From Octopus vulgaris (Eukaryota), in contig OX597830.1 in assembly GCA_951406725.2 (NCBI GenBank), positions 41,540,001 through 41,604,000 on the forward strand: DNA of 64,000 nt. Direction: 5' to 3'. The notes below the pieces were generated by a model. The model saw nothing but the letters and a program-made list of their open reading frames with translations, was not told the DNA's origin and made no database searches. The translations under genes and the position numbers were made by a program. This document shows, piece after piece, positions 37,241 to 50,999 of this stretch; within the stretch, counting starts at the first letter, position 1; each line of letters opens with the position of its first letter.

Positions 37241-38836
37241 ATAACTAGATACTCGCATACATAAACAGAGAGGGAGGGGATGAGAGCAACATTAAGACAT
37301 CAATAACTTACAGTATACACATTACACACAGACACACACACGCACACATGCACAACCATTTGATTGTGTTTTTTAAAAAGAGACTTTCCCTTTCCCCTCA
37401 CCTTCATATCCTTACCTCCCACTCATCTTTCACAACCTCGCTCTCTCTCCCTCTCTCTCTGCTCATACATTTTGTTATTGTTATTTGTCCATCCCCTTTC
37501 CACCATCACCTATTTCCTACTCCCATTTGATTCACACCTCTTCCTGCTATCATTCCTTTTGGTTCCAACCCACTGTGTTCTGTTAAGTCTATATTTACAT
37601 TATTCAACAGTCAGCCAATCCTATTTCTTTACTACCCACAAGGGGCTGAACACAGAAGGGACAAACAAGGACAGACAAATGGATTAAGTTGATTACTTAT
37701 TTAATCAACCCCCACCCCCCCCGAAAGGATGAAAGGCAAAGTCGACCTCAGCGGAATTTGAACTCAGTACATAGCTAGCGGCAGACGAAATACTGCTAAG
37801 CATTTCGCCCGGCGTGCTAACGTTCCTGCCAGCTTGCCACATTTTCTCAATGTCCAAATGATGGGAATTAAAAAACCTTTCAGCCTTTACTTTTTGATTT
37901 GTGTTGAGTTGACCACATGCACACAAATATTACATTATTTTAATTATTCAGAGATACATAGTTTATCTCTCTTACCATTTACTGTAATACTTCAGTCTTC
38001 TTTGTCCATATCCATATTTAGCTGTTGTCTTGTGTGGAGCTTTAGCAGAAGACACTTACCCAAGGTGTTATGCAGTGGGACCGAACCTGAAACCATCTGG
38101 TTACAAAGCAGGTGTCTTGACCACACAGCCACTCCTGCACCTATAAGGTTCTCAGCCATTCTTGTTGTTAACTCTGAGAAATTTCATTTATTTGCAGCCA
38201 TAAAAGGCTGTTGAAAAACTAGAATGACCAACACTAAATAATTCTTTCTTATTATAAGCACAAGGCCGGAAATTTGAGAGGGGGGGGGCAGTCGATTATG
38301 TCGACCTTGACAGAATTTGAACTTAGAACATAGCAGCAGATGAAATACTCGTAAACATTTCACCTGGCGTGCTAACAATTCTGCCAGCTTACCACCTTAC
38401 CATCACTAAATAATAAAAAATTATGATGAAATGAATTTTGAGTGAAATAAAAGATATATTTAAAAAAAGGAAGAAAAATATTTTCATTGCAGTTTGATCA
38501 TTGCACTGATTGTTATTTCTTATCGCACACCCTAATTTCCATTATTCTTTTCACTCTTTCACTTCAAAACTTGTTTCTGTGTGAATGGGTGAATAATTTT
38601 AATAATGCACTTTGTTAGTTGCTAACATTTTTCATGAATTCACCGCTCACTTCTCACACCCTTGTGAATTTACTTACCCCATCCCACACCATCTTCTCTT
38701 ATACTCATTGACCTTCCTGTAACTTGAGAGTCTATCCTGATACAACACCACTAGCCTTTTTTTTCTTTTCCAACTGGAGTAAACGTATATCTTCTTTGGA
38801 GCAAGACACCTGTTCTTCTCCTAACATACTTTAAAA

Positions 38837-38910
38837 CAGGGATGGGCAACTTTTCATTAACTGGGGCCCACATTGTACCATTTCCAAGTGGGAGAGGGCC
38901 ACATGATAAA
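38837..38910 (+). mobile_element. Possible hAT (Charlie-like) terminus
   Basis: CAGGGATGGGCAAC start with gggcc(c)aca subterminal motifs. No partner end found. Confidence 0.45.
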
Positions 38911-39924
38911 ACACATGCATTAAATATTACTTGCCCACTTTACCCTGAATTCTTTGCAGTTCTTCTTAATTTTATTTATCTTAGTAATAAAGTTTATGTT
39001 AAACTGGCATCTCTTTCATTATTTACTAATGAAAGTAATGATGATTACTAGTGTAAATAAATTATAGTTTAAAATATTGAAGTAAAAAAAAAAAGAAAAT
39101 TCATTGATATTTTATTAAAGAAAAAATTTCATTATCTGTGTCAATAAGATTTTTGCTCATTCACATTCTTTACCATATTTTCAATATTAGGTAGAATTTG
39201 AGATGTTGCTACTCTTAGGGTATGCTGCAAATTAGTAGCCTAGAAACTCATCGAGGGCAGCATGAGGGGTGCAGGTTGGCCGTGTATACTTTAAAAGTTT
39301 CTTCACCTGGCATAAAGCCACTTCCTTCAGTACTACTCTCTTCTCCAACAGAGGGATTGTGTCCTGCAAGTTACTCAGTGACCTCACTAGTGCTGGTGCC
39401 AGTGCCGCATAAAAGCTCCCAGTACACTCTGCAAAGTGGTTGGCATTAGGAAGGGCATCCAGCCATAGAAACCATGCCAAAACAGACATGGAGCCTGAAC
39501 AGCCCTTCAGCTGGTCAGCTCCTGTTAAACCTTCCAATCCATGCTAGCATGGAAAACAGGCATTAAATGATGATGATGATGATGATTTTACATCAGTTTG
39601 CTTTGATGTAAGATTTGTTTTGTTGTTTTAGTGTATGTCTCCACAGCGTCTACAACATGAGTTTTGGATGCATTTATCAGTATTTCATTTGAATGTGTGT
39701 CCTGTGGTGTCCATGCTAGAGACCGTAGTCTTGTTGAATTCAGAAAACCTTGATTCTGTTTATTAACGAACCCATTTCCATTTAAACCTGTTGAAATTTG
39801 GAAAAAAAACGTTTTTATTATCCTAATTGGCTTTTGAGGATCTTGTGATGTTAACTGGTTGATCAGTTCAGAACCTGATGGAATGGTTGGTTAGATCAGG
39901 GTTAGGAGGCAAACTTCTTGATTG

Positions 39925-39959
<35 letters not shown>

Positions 39960-40479
39960 CACCTCTTCCACCAATATACAACAGCAGAGGATGTAAATAT
40001 TGACAAAGAGTATAAACATCACTAAGAAAATCAAAAAGCTGCTTTTTTTTTTCGCCTTTTTCTTTTTTAAAAAAACAAAATCTTTTTAATACTTGATCTG
40101 TTACAAGTTGCAGTAACTACCTTGTCAATCTCACTATCAGGAATTCAGTGAACTAACGTTTGGCTTGTTGTGTACCTGTAACTAAGGACGCCTATTGTCT
40201 GCCAACTGCCTTTTTTATTTATGTAGTTATCCTCATTTTCCTATAGCTTTTTCTCTTTTCACATGATATTCATGTCTAGCATTGTTGTTTCCACATGGTG
40301 TCTATAGTTATTTTTCTTACCTTACCAGTATTGTAAGTACAATAATTTTCACTTTTTTTTTTATATATTCTGGGTGTGGTAGTGTTTTACTTTTCTCTTT
40401 TAATGTAATACATGACTTGATGTAAAAGAAACAGATTATAAAAAAGGGTGGAGTGTTGATAAGAATTACTAATAATATA

Positions 40480-41390
40480 ATAGTTGATGACGATAATAAT
40501 GTTTTCTTTATTAACCACTAAGAGCTCACAGAAACATTGGCAACAGTACAGGACAATAAAATGTGGGATTACATAAAAGGCATGTAAGAAATAAAACAGT
40601 AACAATAAATTCCCCAAATGAGGGAAACTTCCTAGGGCTGCTCATGGAGACCCCACAAAAGCCACTGTCATCCTAAACACTAGAGCAAGTGCCCTCTTCA
40701 CATTGTGCTTCTTCAACTTACAGGCGGGCACATGCTTAGTGTAAGCTCATTCACTCAAATCATTCTTGCAACATACACCCACCTTTTAACAAATTTGTTG
40801 GGAGGCAGCACTTCCCTCTTCACCTTCAGTTTCCTTTTCAGGTAAAACTTGAAAAAGTAGGTAAGGGCTTGGCCAAAGAGGAAATTATCTGTCTTCAGCC
40901 CTTTCAATCTGGTCCACCACACAACTTCTTTTGCTAAAGCTACTAGGCAACAAAAGACAGCCTGCTCTTCCAGGTCAAAGGAAGGCTGTGGGACTATCTT
41001 CATAATGAGCTCAGCTGATAGCCAGATCTATCCCAAACATGACAGCAGATGTTCAATATAAATCTACAAGTCAAAAATACACAGGTACTGGACAAGAGCA
41101 TGCAGAACAGTTTCATCACTTTGCATGCATCTCGGATAGGTCCAGCTGATTTAGCTTCTGTGCCTGTAGAGTTTATCCCAAACTGGCAATGCCCCCGCTA
41201 GCACTGCTAGGCCAAGGATTCCTGGAAATTATCCATAGGCCCCAGCCCAAAAGTCCTCTGGAACAGCCTATCCAGTTGGTTCTCATCAATGCCCAGAGTC
41301 TCCCCAAGAATGTCACACTTGCCCACCACTAGCCCTCTATAGAACACAAGAATGGAACTTTTCACTGACTGCATTGTCTGTTGAAAGAGA
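40480..41390 (-). mobile_element. L1/Tx1-like LINE 3' fragment
   Basis: Minus-strand zinc-knuckle remnant PRCMQSDETVLHALVQ followed by AKEVVWWTR-type C-terminal sequence. Boundaries approximate. Confidence 0.65.
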
Positions 41391-43194
41391 ACTGTAAGTG
41401 TCTGATGACACCCTGTTGAGTAATGTTACTCCAGAGATCCAAAAGTTTTACGAAGACACATTCATGGACGATTGTCTGTAGATGTCAACCATTACATTTC
41501 CTACAGTCAAGTTAAAAAAAAAAGAAATTTTATTAATCAGTCATACTTATGTGGTGACAAGAAGGCACTTGCTCATTGACTAATATTGATTTAATCTTAG
41601 CAAATATGGGTGACAATTTCTGGCATATTTTGATCTTATTAGATCTCCTCATCAAAACATAACTTTCTTCATACTTGTCTGATCAATGATATCAGTCACC
41701 ATATTGATGTTTAATCACATGTGATTTGGCTTCAACAAGTATTATAACAACTGAAGGAAACTAAGGTCCTTTAATCTAACAAAAGTAGCAACAGTTTTGT
41801 AATCATTAGCTAAAAATTGCTATTCTCTCTGCATTTTCTTCATATAAATTAAGGCGACAAACTGGCAGAATTGTTACCACACTGAACAAAATGCGTAGCA
41901 GTATTTTCTATTAGGTCTGCATTCTGAGTTCAAATGTCACCATGGTTGATTCTACCTCTTATCCTTTTAGGATAATGCCCAAAATTTCAGGCCTTTGCCT
42001 CTAAAAGAAAGGATTTTCTTAAAATGAATCAATTTTCTGATAGCATGTTCTCAGTTAAACAAGTAAGGCATCATGTATCTATTTGCTCTATATATGTAAA
42101 AAAAAGTGAAATGACAGAATCGTTAGCACACCAGGTGAAATGCTTAGCTGTATTTTGTCTCTCTTTACGTTCTGAGTTCAAATTCCACCAAGGTTGACTT
42201 TGCCTTTCATCCTTTTGGGGTTGATAAATTAAGTACCAGTTGCATACTGGGGTTGATCTAATCAACTGGCCCCCTCCCCCAAAATTTCAGGCCTTGTTCC
42301 TAGAGTAGAAAAGTATATATCTCCCACATTTTAAACTTTCCCCTATGTGCTGCTAATGAACTTATGCAAGTGCCAATGATGTTTTCATTTAGCTAATGAA
42401 CAAAAACTGTGACCCTTTGTTTAAACAACAGTAAAATTAATTTTTCATAAATGTTGTTTCTTTTTCCTTTTGTCAGCTTTTCAAATGTGGGAGGTATTTC
42501 TATCGCACCCTGTATGTAAAAAAATTGTAGATAATAAGGCCTGGTGAAACGTTAGTTGGTGAATTCAAATTTTCATTGTTCCTTCATATGTTTTATAAAC
42601 CACAAACAAACAACATTTGCTTATATTCAAGTAATGGGTATAGTTAATGTTGCAGTAGCATAGATGATAAACGATGGAGTGGATGTAGTATTTGACTAAC
42701 AATCAGCTTATATGTCTTAAGTTAAAATTTACTGCAGGTATTTCATTGTGTATTTGGGCAGTAACATTTAACTTTACATCTTCCAATTCATGTAGCTGTC
42801 AGGTATAGTTACCAATTTATAATGGAATTACATCTGCAGCAGAATTTATCTTATCAGAGAGGGGAGTTTATATTTTGCACATGTAATGGTTTCAAATTTT
42901 GGCACAAGGCCAGCAACATTAAGCAACTTTACATTGCGCCCATTGTTTAACTGGTACTTATTTTATCGATCACAAAAGGATGAAAGACAAGTTTATTGTA
43001 AATCATCAAGTTTATTTCAGATACTCTCATTTTAAAAATCATCTCTGGCTAATCGTAGAGAGGACATTGGTGTTGCCTTGTTAATATTGTTTGGGATTTT
43101 GCCAGTTGTTTCTAAAGGAAGCAAAATTGTAATGTTGGCATCATATTTAGATTCTGTTTTGCTTCTTGGATAAAATTCTCTTGTCATATACATA

Positions 43195-44065
43195 TATTAC
43201 GTTGTTCGGAAAGTTCTGAGTGTTTTTTAATATGCATAAAGGGATATAAATAATTGACCTTTGCCCATCTATCAGGAAATTTTAAAATTCCATCAGCATA
43301 AAATTTGACTGGTTTTGAAGGAAAAAAGTTATTTTGATGCATTTTGACTCTACCTAAATCACTAAATGTTTTTCCTTGCAATGAGTTCTGTAGAGACAAA
43401 AAACAAGTGGTGGTCAGATGGCACAATATCAGGAGAATATGTTTGATGGGGTAGGAGATCCCAGCCAAGTTCATGTAATTTTGTTCAGGTTGACAAAGAC
43501 ACATGGTTGGGCATTGACTTGTTGGAACACCACCCCTTTCCTGTTGCAATCTCTAGCTTCAATTCTTTGATTTTTTTTTTTTATTCAAATTAACCAGCTG
43601 ATGACAGACCATATCAGAATTAATGGTCTGGTTTTGTGGGAGTGACTCATAATAAATAATGCCTTTATGATTCCACCAAAGCATAAGTTTTTTCATGATG
43701 GATATTCATATTTGGTTGCTGTTTTGGGAGATCCTTACACAAACTCCTGGATCTTTTCTGCACTACATTTTCATACATAATCCATTTTTCATCTCCAGTC
43801 ACAAGTTGTTTAAAAAAAGGCATGCTTTCATTCCATTTTAAAAGCATATCACAAACAGAATACCAGTCCAAGCAATTCTTTTCTGGGAGTTTGCAAGAAA
43901 TCTATCCTAGCTTCACTAGGTGTTCATGAGCCATATTTTTAGAAACTTCCAACTCCTTTGCAAGTTCTTTTGTCATAATATTTGAGTTTTCTTCGATTTT
44001 TGCCTTTAAAACATCTTCATCCAATTTTGAAGGTCTTTTACTGTGACTATATTGCAAATCACCTT
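43195..44065 (-). mobile_element. Mariner transposon relic (Mos1/SETMAR-like transposase pseudogene)
   Basis: HTH RPSKLDEDVLKAKIEEN...KELAKELEVS, catalytic LVTGDEKW, C-terminal SLQNSLQGKTF...FYADGILKFPDRW. TA plus a TIR-like end near 43195. The 5' part is cut off by a SINE. Confidence 0.88.
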
Positions 44066-44933
44066 CGATTAGGTCGACCCCAGTACACAACTGATACTTA
44101 ATTTATCGACCCCGAAAGGATGAAAGGTAAACTCGACTTCGACAGAATTTGAACTCAGAATGTAGTGACAGGCAAAATACCACTCAGCATTTCATCCAGT
44201 AAGCAACCAATTCAGCCAGCTTTAACAATTCTAATAATAAAACTATCATAATATAAGGACCTAGACATTGAAATATTCGAGATATAGGGCATGAAGGTGT
44301 AAACAATACCAATAATAACTGGAGCATTAGGTATGATTAACCAATAGAACGCTGAATAAATATTAATGTTCACTTGTATATAGTGTGTGAATAACAAAAG
44401 TTGTGTTATTTCATTGGTCTTTAACCTAGTAGAATATATGTTGGTCAAATTGTGTTTGATTATTAGATGTTTATTGTATAGAGTGTGGGTGATGTGCGAT
44501 GACTGTTCTGTGTTATTTTATTGAATTGACAATCCCTTGTGCAATATGTATACTATCCCCAACAATTATTTGAGGCTGTATGTATTGTGAACTCTGATAC
44601 TGCTTCTAAGTTTCTTTTCAGACTTTTTAATCATACTTACTGCTCCAATAATAATTGGTACTGTCTGCACTCTCATGCCCCACATCTTGAATATTTCAAT
44701 ATCTTAGGTCTTTATATTATGATAGTTTTATTGGTAGAATTGTTAGTAAGCTGGACAAAATATTTAGCAGCATTTTCTCCGTCTTTATATTCTGTGTTCA
44801 AATTCTACTGAGATTGACTTTGCCTTTTATCCTTTTGGGGTCGATAAAATAAGTACCAGTTGTGTTTTGAGGTCGATGTAATAAACTATTCCCCTCCACT
44901 AAAATTTCAGGCCTTGTGACTATAAAAAAAAAG

Positions 44934-44974
<41 letters not shown>

Positions 44975-45136
44975 GGTGGTGAGCTGGCAGAATCATTAGC
45001 ATGCTGGATGCTTAGTGGTATTTTGCCTTTCATCCATTCGGGGTCAATAAATTAAGTACCAGTGAAATTCTGGGGTCGATGTAATCAACTGTCCCTCTCT
45101 CCCAGACCTTCAGGTCTTGTTCCTATAATAGAAAGG

Positions 45137-45168
<32 letters not shown>

Positions 45169-45727
45169 GAGGACACCTGGCCTAGTGGTTAGCGTGTTGC
45201 ACTCATGACCACAAGATCGTGGTTTCAATTCCTAAACTGGGTGATGCGTTGTGTTCTTGAGCAAAACACTTCAAAATGCTTAACGTCATTTTGTCCATCT
45301 TTATGTTCTGACTTCAAATTCCGCCGAGGTCAACTTTGCCTTTCATCCTTTTAGTGTTGATAAAGTAAGTACAAGTGGAACCAGATGGTGGGGGGGGGGG
45401 GGTAATCAACTAGTCCCCACCCCAAAATTTCAGGCCTTGTACCTATAGTAGAAAGGATTATTATTATCTCTTTAACTCAGGATTGGTGTTATTCCTGATA
45501 GAATTTGTTGGTTGCAGTCTGCTGTTTGTAACCTTAGACATTCACAATATTTCAATGAGCCATCAAGTGCTCAAGACTCTTTTCATCATCTTCCTTGTTA
45601 CTAAAAGGCAAGCTGTCTGTGAAAAGAAGCTCTACAGGATACTCCATTCCAATTTCCTTTATTCATTTGTCTGTATTATTATTGTTAATTTATTTAATAA
45701 TTTAATTAACTTGTTTTTATTCTGCAG

Positions 45728-45962
45728 GGTAACACTTGATATACTTTCTGTCCAAGGCAACAGTCCACCCTGGGCCAATAAATCTAACTTAGCATTCTGG
45801 AGAGGACGAGACAGTCGTGAGGAGAGATTGAACCTGGTCATGTTGAGTAAGAAACATCCCGACTTAGTTGATGCTATGTTAACAAATATGTTTTTCTTTC
45901 CAAAAGACGAGAAAAAATATGGCAAAATTGTACAACCTGTCTCATTTTTTGATTTTTTTAAG
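45728..45962 (+). CDS. POGLUT2: POGLUT2/3-like exon (WRGRDSR motif)
   Basis: Acceptor tctgcag (phase 2), donor AAG|gtatgc. [34 protein letters not shown]...VSFFDFFK. Confidence 0.96.
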
Positions 45963-47631
45963 GTATGCTTTTCTTTTTTGTATTCTCATCTATCAAATTT
46001 CTTTTTTTGTTTGCCTAAAACTTGTTTGTAACATTGTTATATCAGGTGTAAATATTGTACCTCTATTAATGCTAGCATGTGAAAGACACTTTTTACAGGT
46101 GTGTGTCTTCTACATTAGTCCGCCTACATTAATTTACCAGTAAAAGGTTAGTATATTTATTTGGAGTCTCATTTTGATATGCAACAATAACCAGCTGTGG
46201 CTGGGTGGTTAAGGAACTTGCTTTGCAACCACCTGGTTTCAGTTTCTGTCCTGCTGTGCAGCACCTTGGGCAATTGTCTTCTGCTATAACACTATGCTGA
46301 ATCTACCAACTATTCATCAGTTCAATGTCCACTTTTTCATGCTTGCATCAGTCAGACAGAATCTATGAGGCAGATTTTCCATGGTCAGATGCCATTCTTC
46401 CCAGCCTTGTTTATTTCTAAGCAAAGTAATATTTCACCACAGAAGACAGGAAATGAACAACATTGTTCATGTGACCATGATGGTCATTTATAATCACATG
46501 ATATCAAGATAAGGGTACACACACACACACACACACATTCTTTTATTCTGTTACTTGCCTCAGTCATTAGACTGTGGCCATGCTGAGGCAATAGCCTGAG
46601 GAATTTTATTGAAATGAAATGACCCCAGTTTTATTTTGAAGCCTAGTATTTATTCTGTTAGTCAGTTTCGGGGATGTAAACATACCAACACTGATTGTCA
46701 AACAGAAGTGGGACACACATGCACATATACATGATGAGCTTCTTTCAGTTTCCATCTACCAAATCCACTCACAAGGCTTTGGTCAGTCTGAGATTATAGT
46801 AGAAGACACTTGTGTAAGGTGCCATGCAGTGAGACTGAACCCAGGACTGTGTAATTGAAAAGCAAGATTTGAACTCAGAACATAAGGATGGATGAGATCC
46901 TGCTAACAATTCTACCAGCTCACCACCTCTGATGTCATCTAAGACATTTTTGCCAAAAAAATCATCATCCAGTCTTTTAAATCCGGATTTTGTCTCCATT
47001 AATAGGGGTGGCCGGATCTACCTCAATGTCATAGCAACCAAGGTAGGCAGGTGTAGCCCACCCCAGCCTTTGGGCTGGCTGGTGCCCATTCTCCTTTGCT
47101 ATCATGGGGCATTTTTGGAGCTGAATTTTCTACAGAGAGAGGAAGGCAAGGAAGCTACTCATTGAGACCCCATTTGGAACCCCCAACCCCACTAAAAAAA
47201 ATGTCTCATAAAATTCAGCCTGGGTTCTAATATTCAAAGCTGCTTTGAATATTATATGCTTTAATCCACTAAAAATTATTTGTGCTGCCTTGCTGAAATC
47301 AGGACACCTCTTATATACCTGTGCATCTATTATGCCATCAGGTACGGCACTCTGTGTTCTAGAAAATACTTGACTGTCTGCTTTGGTGTATCAGTGACTA
47401 CTCAAGCTAGGTTGTTAAGTTTATTTTTCCTTTTTTATCATGAAGATTAAAGAATGTATATATATATGTATTCTTTAGTTTATTGCTTTTTGCATGAGCT
47501 TTAAAATTGAATGTTTTTCCATATTTTGCATTCATGTCAGTGTATTCAACATATATATATGTGCAAAAGACACTAAAAGTTATGAAAAAAAACACATTTC
47601 AACTAGAAAATATCGGTGCATACATTATGCT

Positions 47632-47679
<48 letters not shown>

Positions 47680-47924
47680 CTGAATGACATAATGTCTTTC
47701 AGATATTGATAGCTATAAATAATAGTTGTGCTTATACAACAAACTATATTCACATGTGCAGACACATTTCCTTTCATTTTCATATATTATTGTTACAATT
47801 TTGGTTATTGTTGAATCAGATTTTTCTTTGAAATATGTAACACAATTTGAAAAGTTATACATTAAATGTAGACACTTATTTTTCTTTTCTATTTTTCTTC
47901 TTTTTTTTCTCCCCCACCCCTTAG

Positions 47925-48134
47925 CACAAATACCAATTGAATATTGATGGCACTGTAGCTGCATACCGTTTCCCTTACCTTCTGGCTGGCTCAAGTGTTG
48001 TTTTGAAACAAGATTCCCATTATTATGAACATTTTTACAATGAACTTACTCCCTATGTGCACTATATTCCAGTGAAGAGAAATTTGAGTGATCTATTAGA
48101 TCAACTACGATGGGCAAAAGAACATGAAAATGAA
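47925..48134 (+). CDS. POGLUT2: POGLUT2/3-like exon ([14 protein letters not shown] motif)
   Basis: Long pyrimidine tract plus ttag, donor GAA|gtaagt. [38 protein letters not shown]...[25 protein letters not shown]. Confidence 0.97.
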
Positions 48135-48264
48135 GTAAGTTTGAACATTTAAATGTTGTGGAAATAGCTTTCTTTTTTAGCTTTTTACTCATTTCAGTTA
48201 TTACACTGCGGCCAAGCCGAGGCACTGCTTTGAAGAATTTAATTTTTGTCAAATGAATCGACCC

Positions 48265-49918
48265 CAGCATCTGGGAGAAAACAACCTGTTTCCAGAAGAC
48301 CAGAATGGATGCTGCAAGGGCTCATATGGCTGTAAAGATCAACTAATGATCAATAAAGCTATAACTGAAATCAGCCGCAGAAAAAAGAAAGGCTTCAGTA
48401 TGGCTTGGATCAACTACCGAAAGGCTTTTGATAGTGTTCCCCACATGTGGATCCTTGAAACACTAGCCATGAACAAGGTAGCACCAATAATTATAAAATA
48501 CATAAAACACTCTATAAATAAATGGCAGACAGTGCTATAACTCCAAACAAAAGAAGGACTTGTGAAAACCAAAGCCATCCCCATTAGAAGAGGAATATTC
48601 CAGGGAGACACACTTTCTCAACTCCTTTTCTGCTTGGCACTGTCACCTTTATCTGACATGCTAAATAGAAATGGATGCGGATACAAATGTTACGACAAAA
48701 CAATCAACCACCTCTTATATATGGATGACCTAAAACTATATGCTACAAATGATAAACAGCTGGAAACACTACTACAGACAGTACATGGATTTACCAAAGA
48801 AATAGATATGAAATTTGGATTAGAAAAATGTTCCAAAGCAACCCTGAAAAGAAGAAAACTAGATAAAGCCAATGAAATAAGAGAATCAGACAAAAGCCAA
48901 ACATACAAATATTTAGGAATCAATGAACTATATATGATACAACACACACAAATGAAAGAGAAAATAAAGAAAGAATACTATAGACGAGTTAGATCAATAC
49001 TAAAAACAGAGCTCAATGCTAAAAACAAGATAATAGGTATTAACACTTTAGCTGTCCCAGTTATAAGTTACAGCTACAATATCCTTAACTGGACACTAAA
49101 TGAACTAACCAAAATAGACAGGAAAACAAGAAAAATAATGACAGGATCTAGGATGCATCACCCAAAATCTGACATAGAAAGGCTATATATACAGAAGTTA
49201 CCAGAAACATATAATGAAAAGAAACATAACAAGTAACTGCAGAATATGTGGAGATGGACAAGAAACAATAAATCATATTATCTCTGGTTACCCAGTCCTG
49301 GCTAAGAAGGAATATATTCACAGACACAACAGAGTTGGGACCTATATACACTGGAAGCTATGCCAACACTATGGAATAACAACAGCAAAAAGATGGTATA
49401 GGCACACACCAGAAAAGGTCACTGAAAACGAGAAAGCAACCACACTCTGGGATATGCCAATACACACAGATAGAGAAATTAAGGCCAACAGGCCAGATAT
49501 AGTTGTCAGAGATCATGAAGAAAAATATGCTTTCTAATTGATGTATCAATAGCAGCAGATGACAACATTTCTCTAAAAGATATGGAGAAACTTTCAAAAT
49601 ACAAAGACCTGGAAATAGAGGTAACTCGAATGTGGAATCAAAAAACAGAAACAATTCCTATCATAGTAGGCACATTAGGTATAATAAAAAAATATTCAGA
49701 CAAATACATAACAAAAACATCAGGACTAACGAATATATATAGCATACAGAAAATTGCACTACTAGGCACTGCACACATCCTATGCAAAACACTTTCAATA
49801 CAGTAACCATAAGAGCATCACAGCAAACCAAAGCACATACCCAAGGCACACAGAGTGGAGCTCAGTAGTGAAGTGAAAGCATGCTATAAAAATAAAACTA
49901 CTGAATAATAATAATAAT
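48265..49918 (+). mobile_element. R4/Dong-like non-LTR retrotransposon (RT plus restriction-like endonuclease), truncated
   Basis: MAWINYRKAFDSVPH, RGIFQGDTLS, LLYMDDLKLY, YKYLG, CRIC...ETINHIIS, RHN, NRPDIVV, EKLSKYKDL, PIIVGTLG, and a (TAA)n tail. Smaller related pieces at about 27850-28040 (-), 44240-44340 (+) and 44625-44730 (-). Confidence 0.9.
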
Positions 49919-50610
49919 CCTTTCTACTAGAAGCACAAGGCCTCAAATTTGGGGGAAGGGGGTTAAGTCAATTACATCGACCCCAGTGTGTCATTGGTAC
50001 TTGTTTAATCAACCCTGAAAGGGTGAAAGGCAAAGTTGACCTCGGCAGAATTTGAACTCAGAATGTGAAGACGGATGAAATACCACAAAGCATTTTGCCT
50101 GGCATGCTAACAATTCTGCCAGCAACTCACCTTAATAATAATAATAATGATGATGATAATAAAGATTACAAATTTTGGCACAAGGCCAGCATTTTTGGGG
50201 GAGTGGAGTAAGTCTATCCCATTGCTCATCTGGTGCTTATATTATCAACCCTGAAAAGATGTAAGCCTGAGTTGGCTTCAGCAGAATTTGAACTTGGAAT
50301 GTACAATCAGACAAAATGTCACTAAGTATCTTTCCCAACGTGTTAAGACCTCTACTAGCTCACCACATTAACATTAATAATAATAGTCCTTTGTACTATA
50401 GGTACATGGCCTGGATTTTATGGGGAGAGAGACAGTCAATCACATCGACCCCAGTACTCAACTGGTATTTAATTTATCAGCCCTGAAAGAATGAAAGGCA
50501 AAGTTGACATTGGTGGAATTTGAACTCAGAATGTAGCAACAGGCGAAATACCGCTAAGCATTTCACCCGGTGTGCTAACAATTCTGCCTTTTTACAATAA
50601 TAGTAATAAT

Positions 50611-50814
50611 AATACTCATTGGAATTTATAACATACCAACTTTTGTATTATTCACTTGTTTATTTCTTTTTTGTGTAATTTAGGTTAGTATGATAATAAT
50701 AATAATATTAATAATTATAATAATAATAATAATACTCATTGAATTTATAACATACCAACTTTCATATTATTCACTTGTTTATTTCTTTTTTATGTAATTT
50801 AGGTTAGTATGATG

Positions 50815-50846
<32 letters not shown>

Positions 50847-50913
50847 CTTTGAATTTACAACATACCAACTATCAATTTATTCATTTGTTTTTCTTTTTGT
50901 GTAATTCAGGTTA
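50611..50913 (+). repeat. Three tandem 110-120 bp copies of the splice-acceptor region
   Basis: Unit aatactc...cataccaact...ttc(a)ttgttt...gtaatt(t/c)aggtta starts at 50611, 50731 and 50841, separated by (AAT)n. Confidence 0.92.
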
Positions 50914-50999
50914 AAAACATTGTAGAAAATGCTCAGAATTATGTACTGAATCGTCTTTTGCCAAAAGATATAATCTGTTACCATGCCATTCTCATCAAT
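50910..50999 (+). CDS. POGLUT2: POGLUT2/3-like exon
   Basis: Acceptor ttcag, donor AAT|gtaagt, 90 nt, phase 0/0. VKNIVENAQNYVLNRLLPKDIICYHAILIN aligns to the family AxxIAxxGQxFxxxxLxxxDIxCY segment. Confidence 0.92.

Noticed and set aside
45483-45727. Hydrophobic N-terminal extension of ORF 45483-46031 as a membrane anchor
   Set aside because: It is intronic T-rich sequence upstream of a clear acceptor at 45727.
50611-50913. CRISPR-like repeat-spacer array (also 55268-55410)
   Set aside because: Eukaryotic intron, degenerate units, microsatellite spacers and no cas genes.
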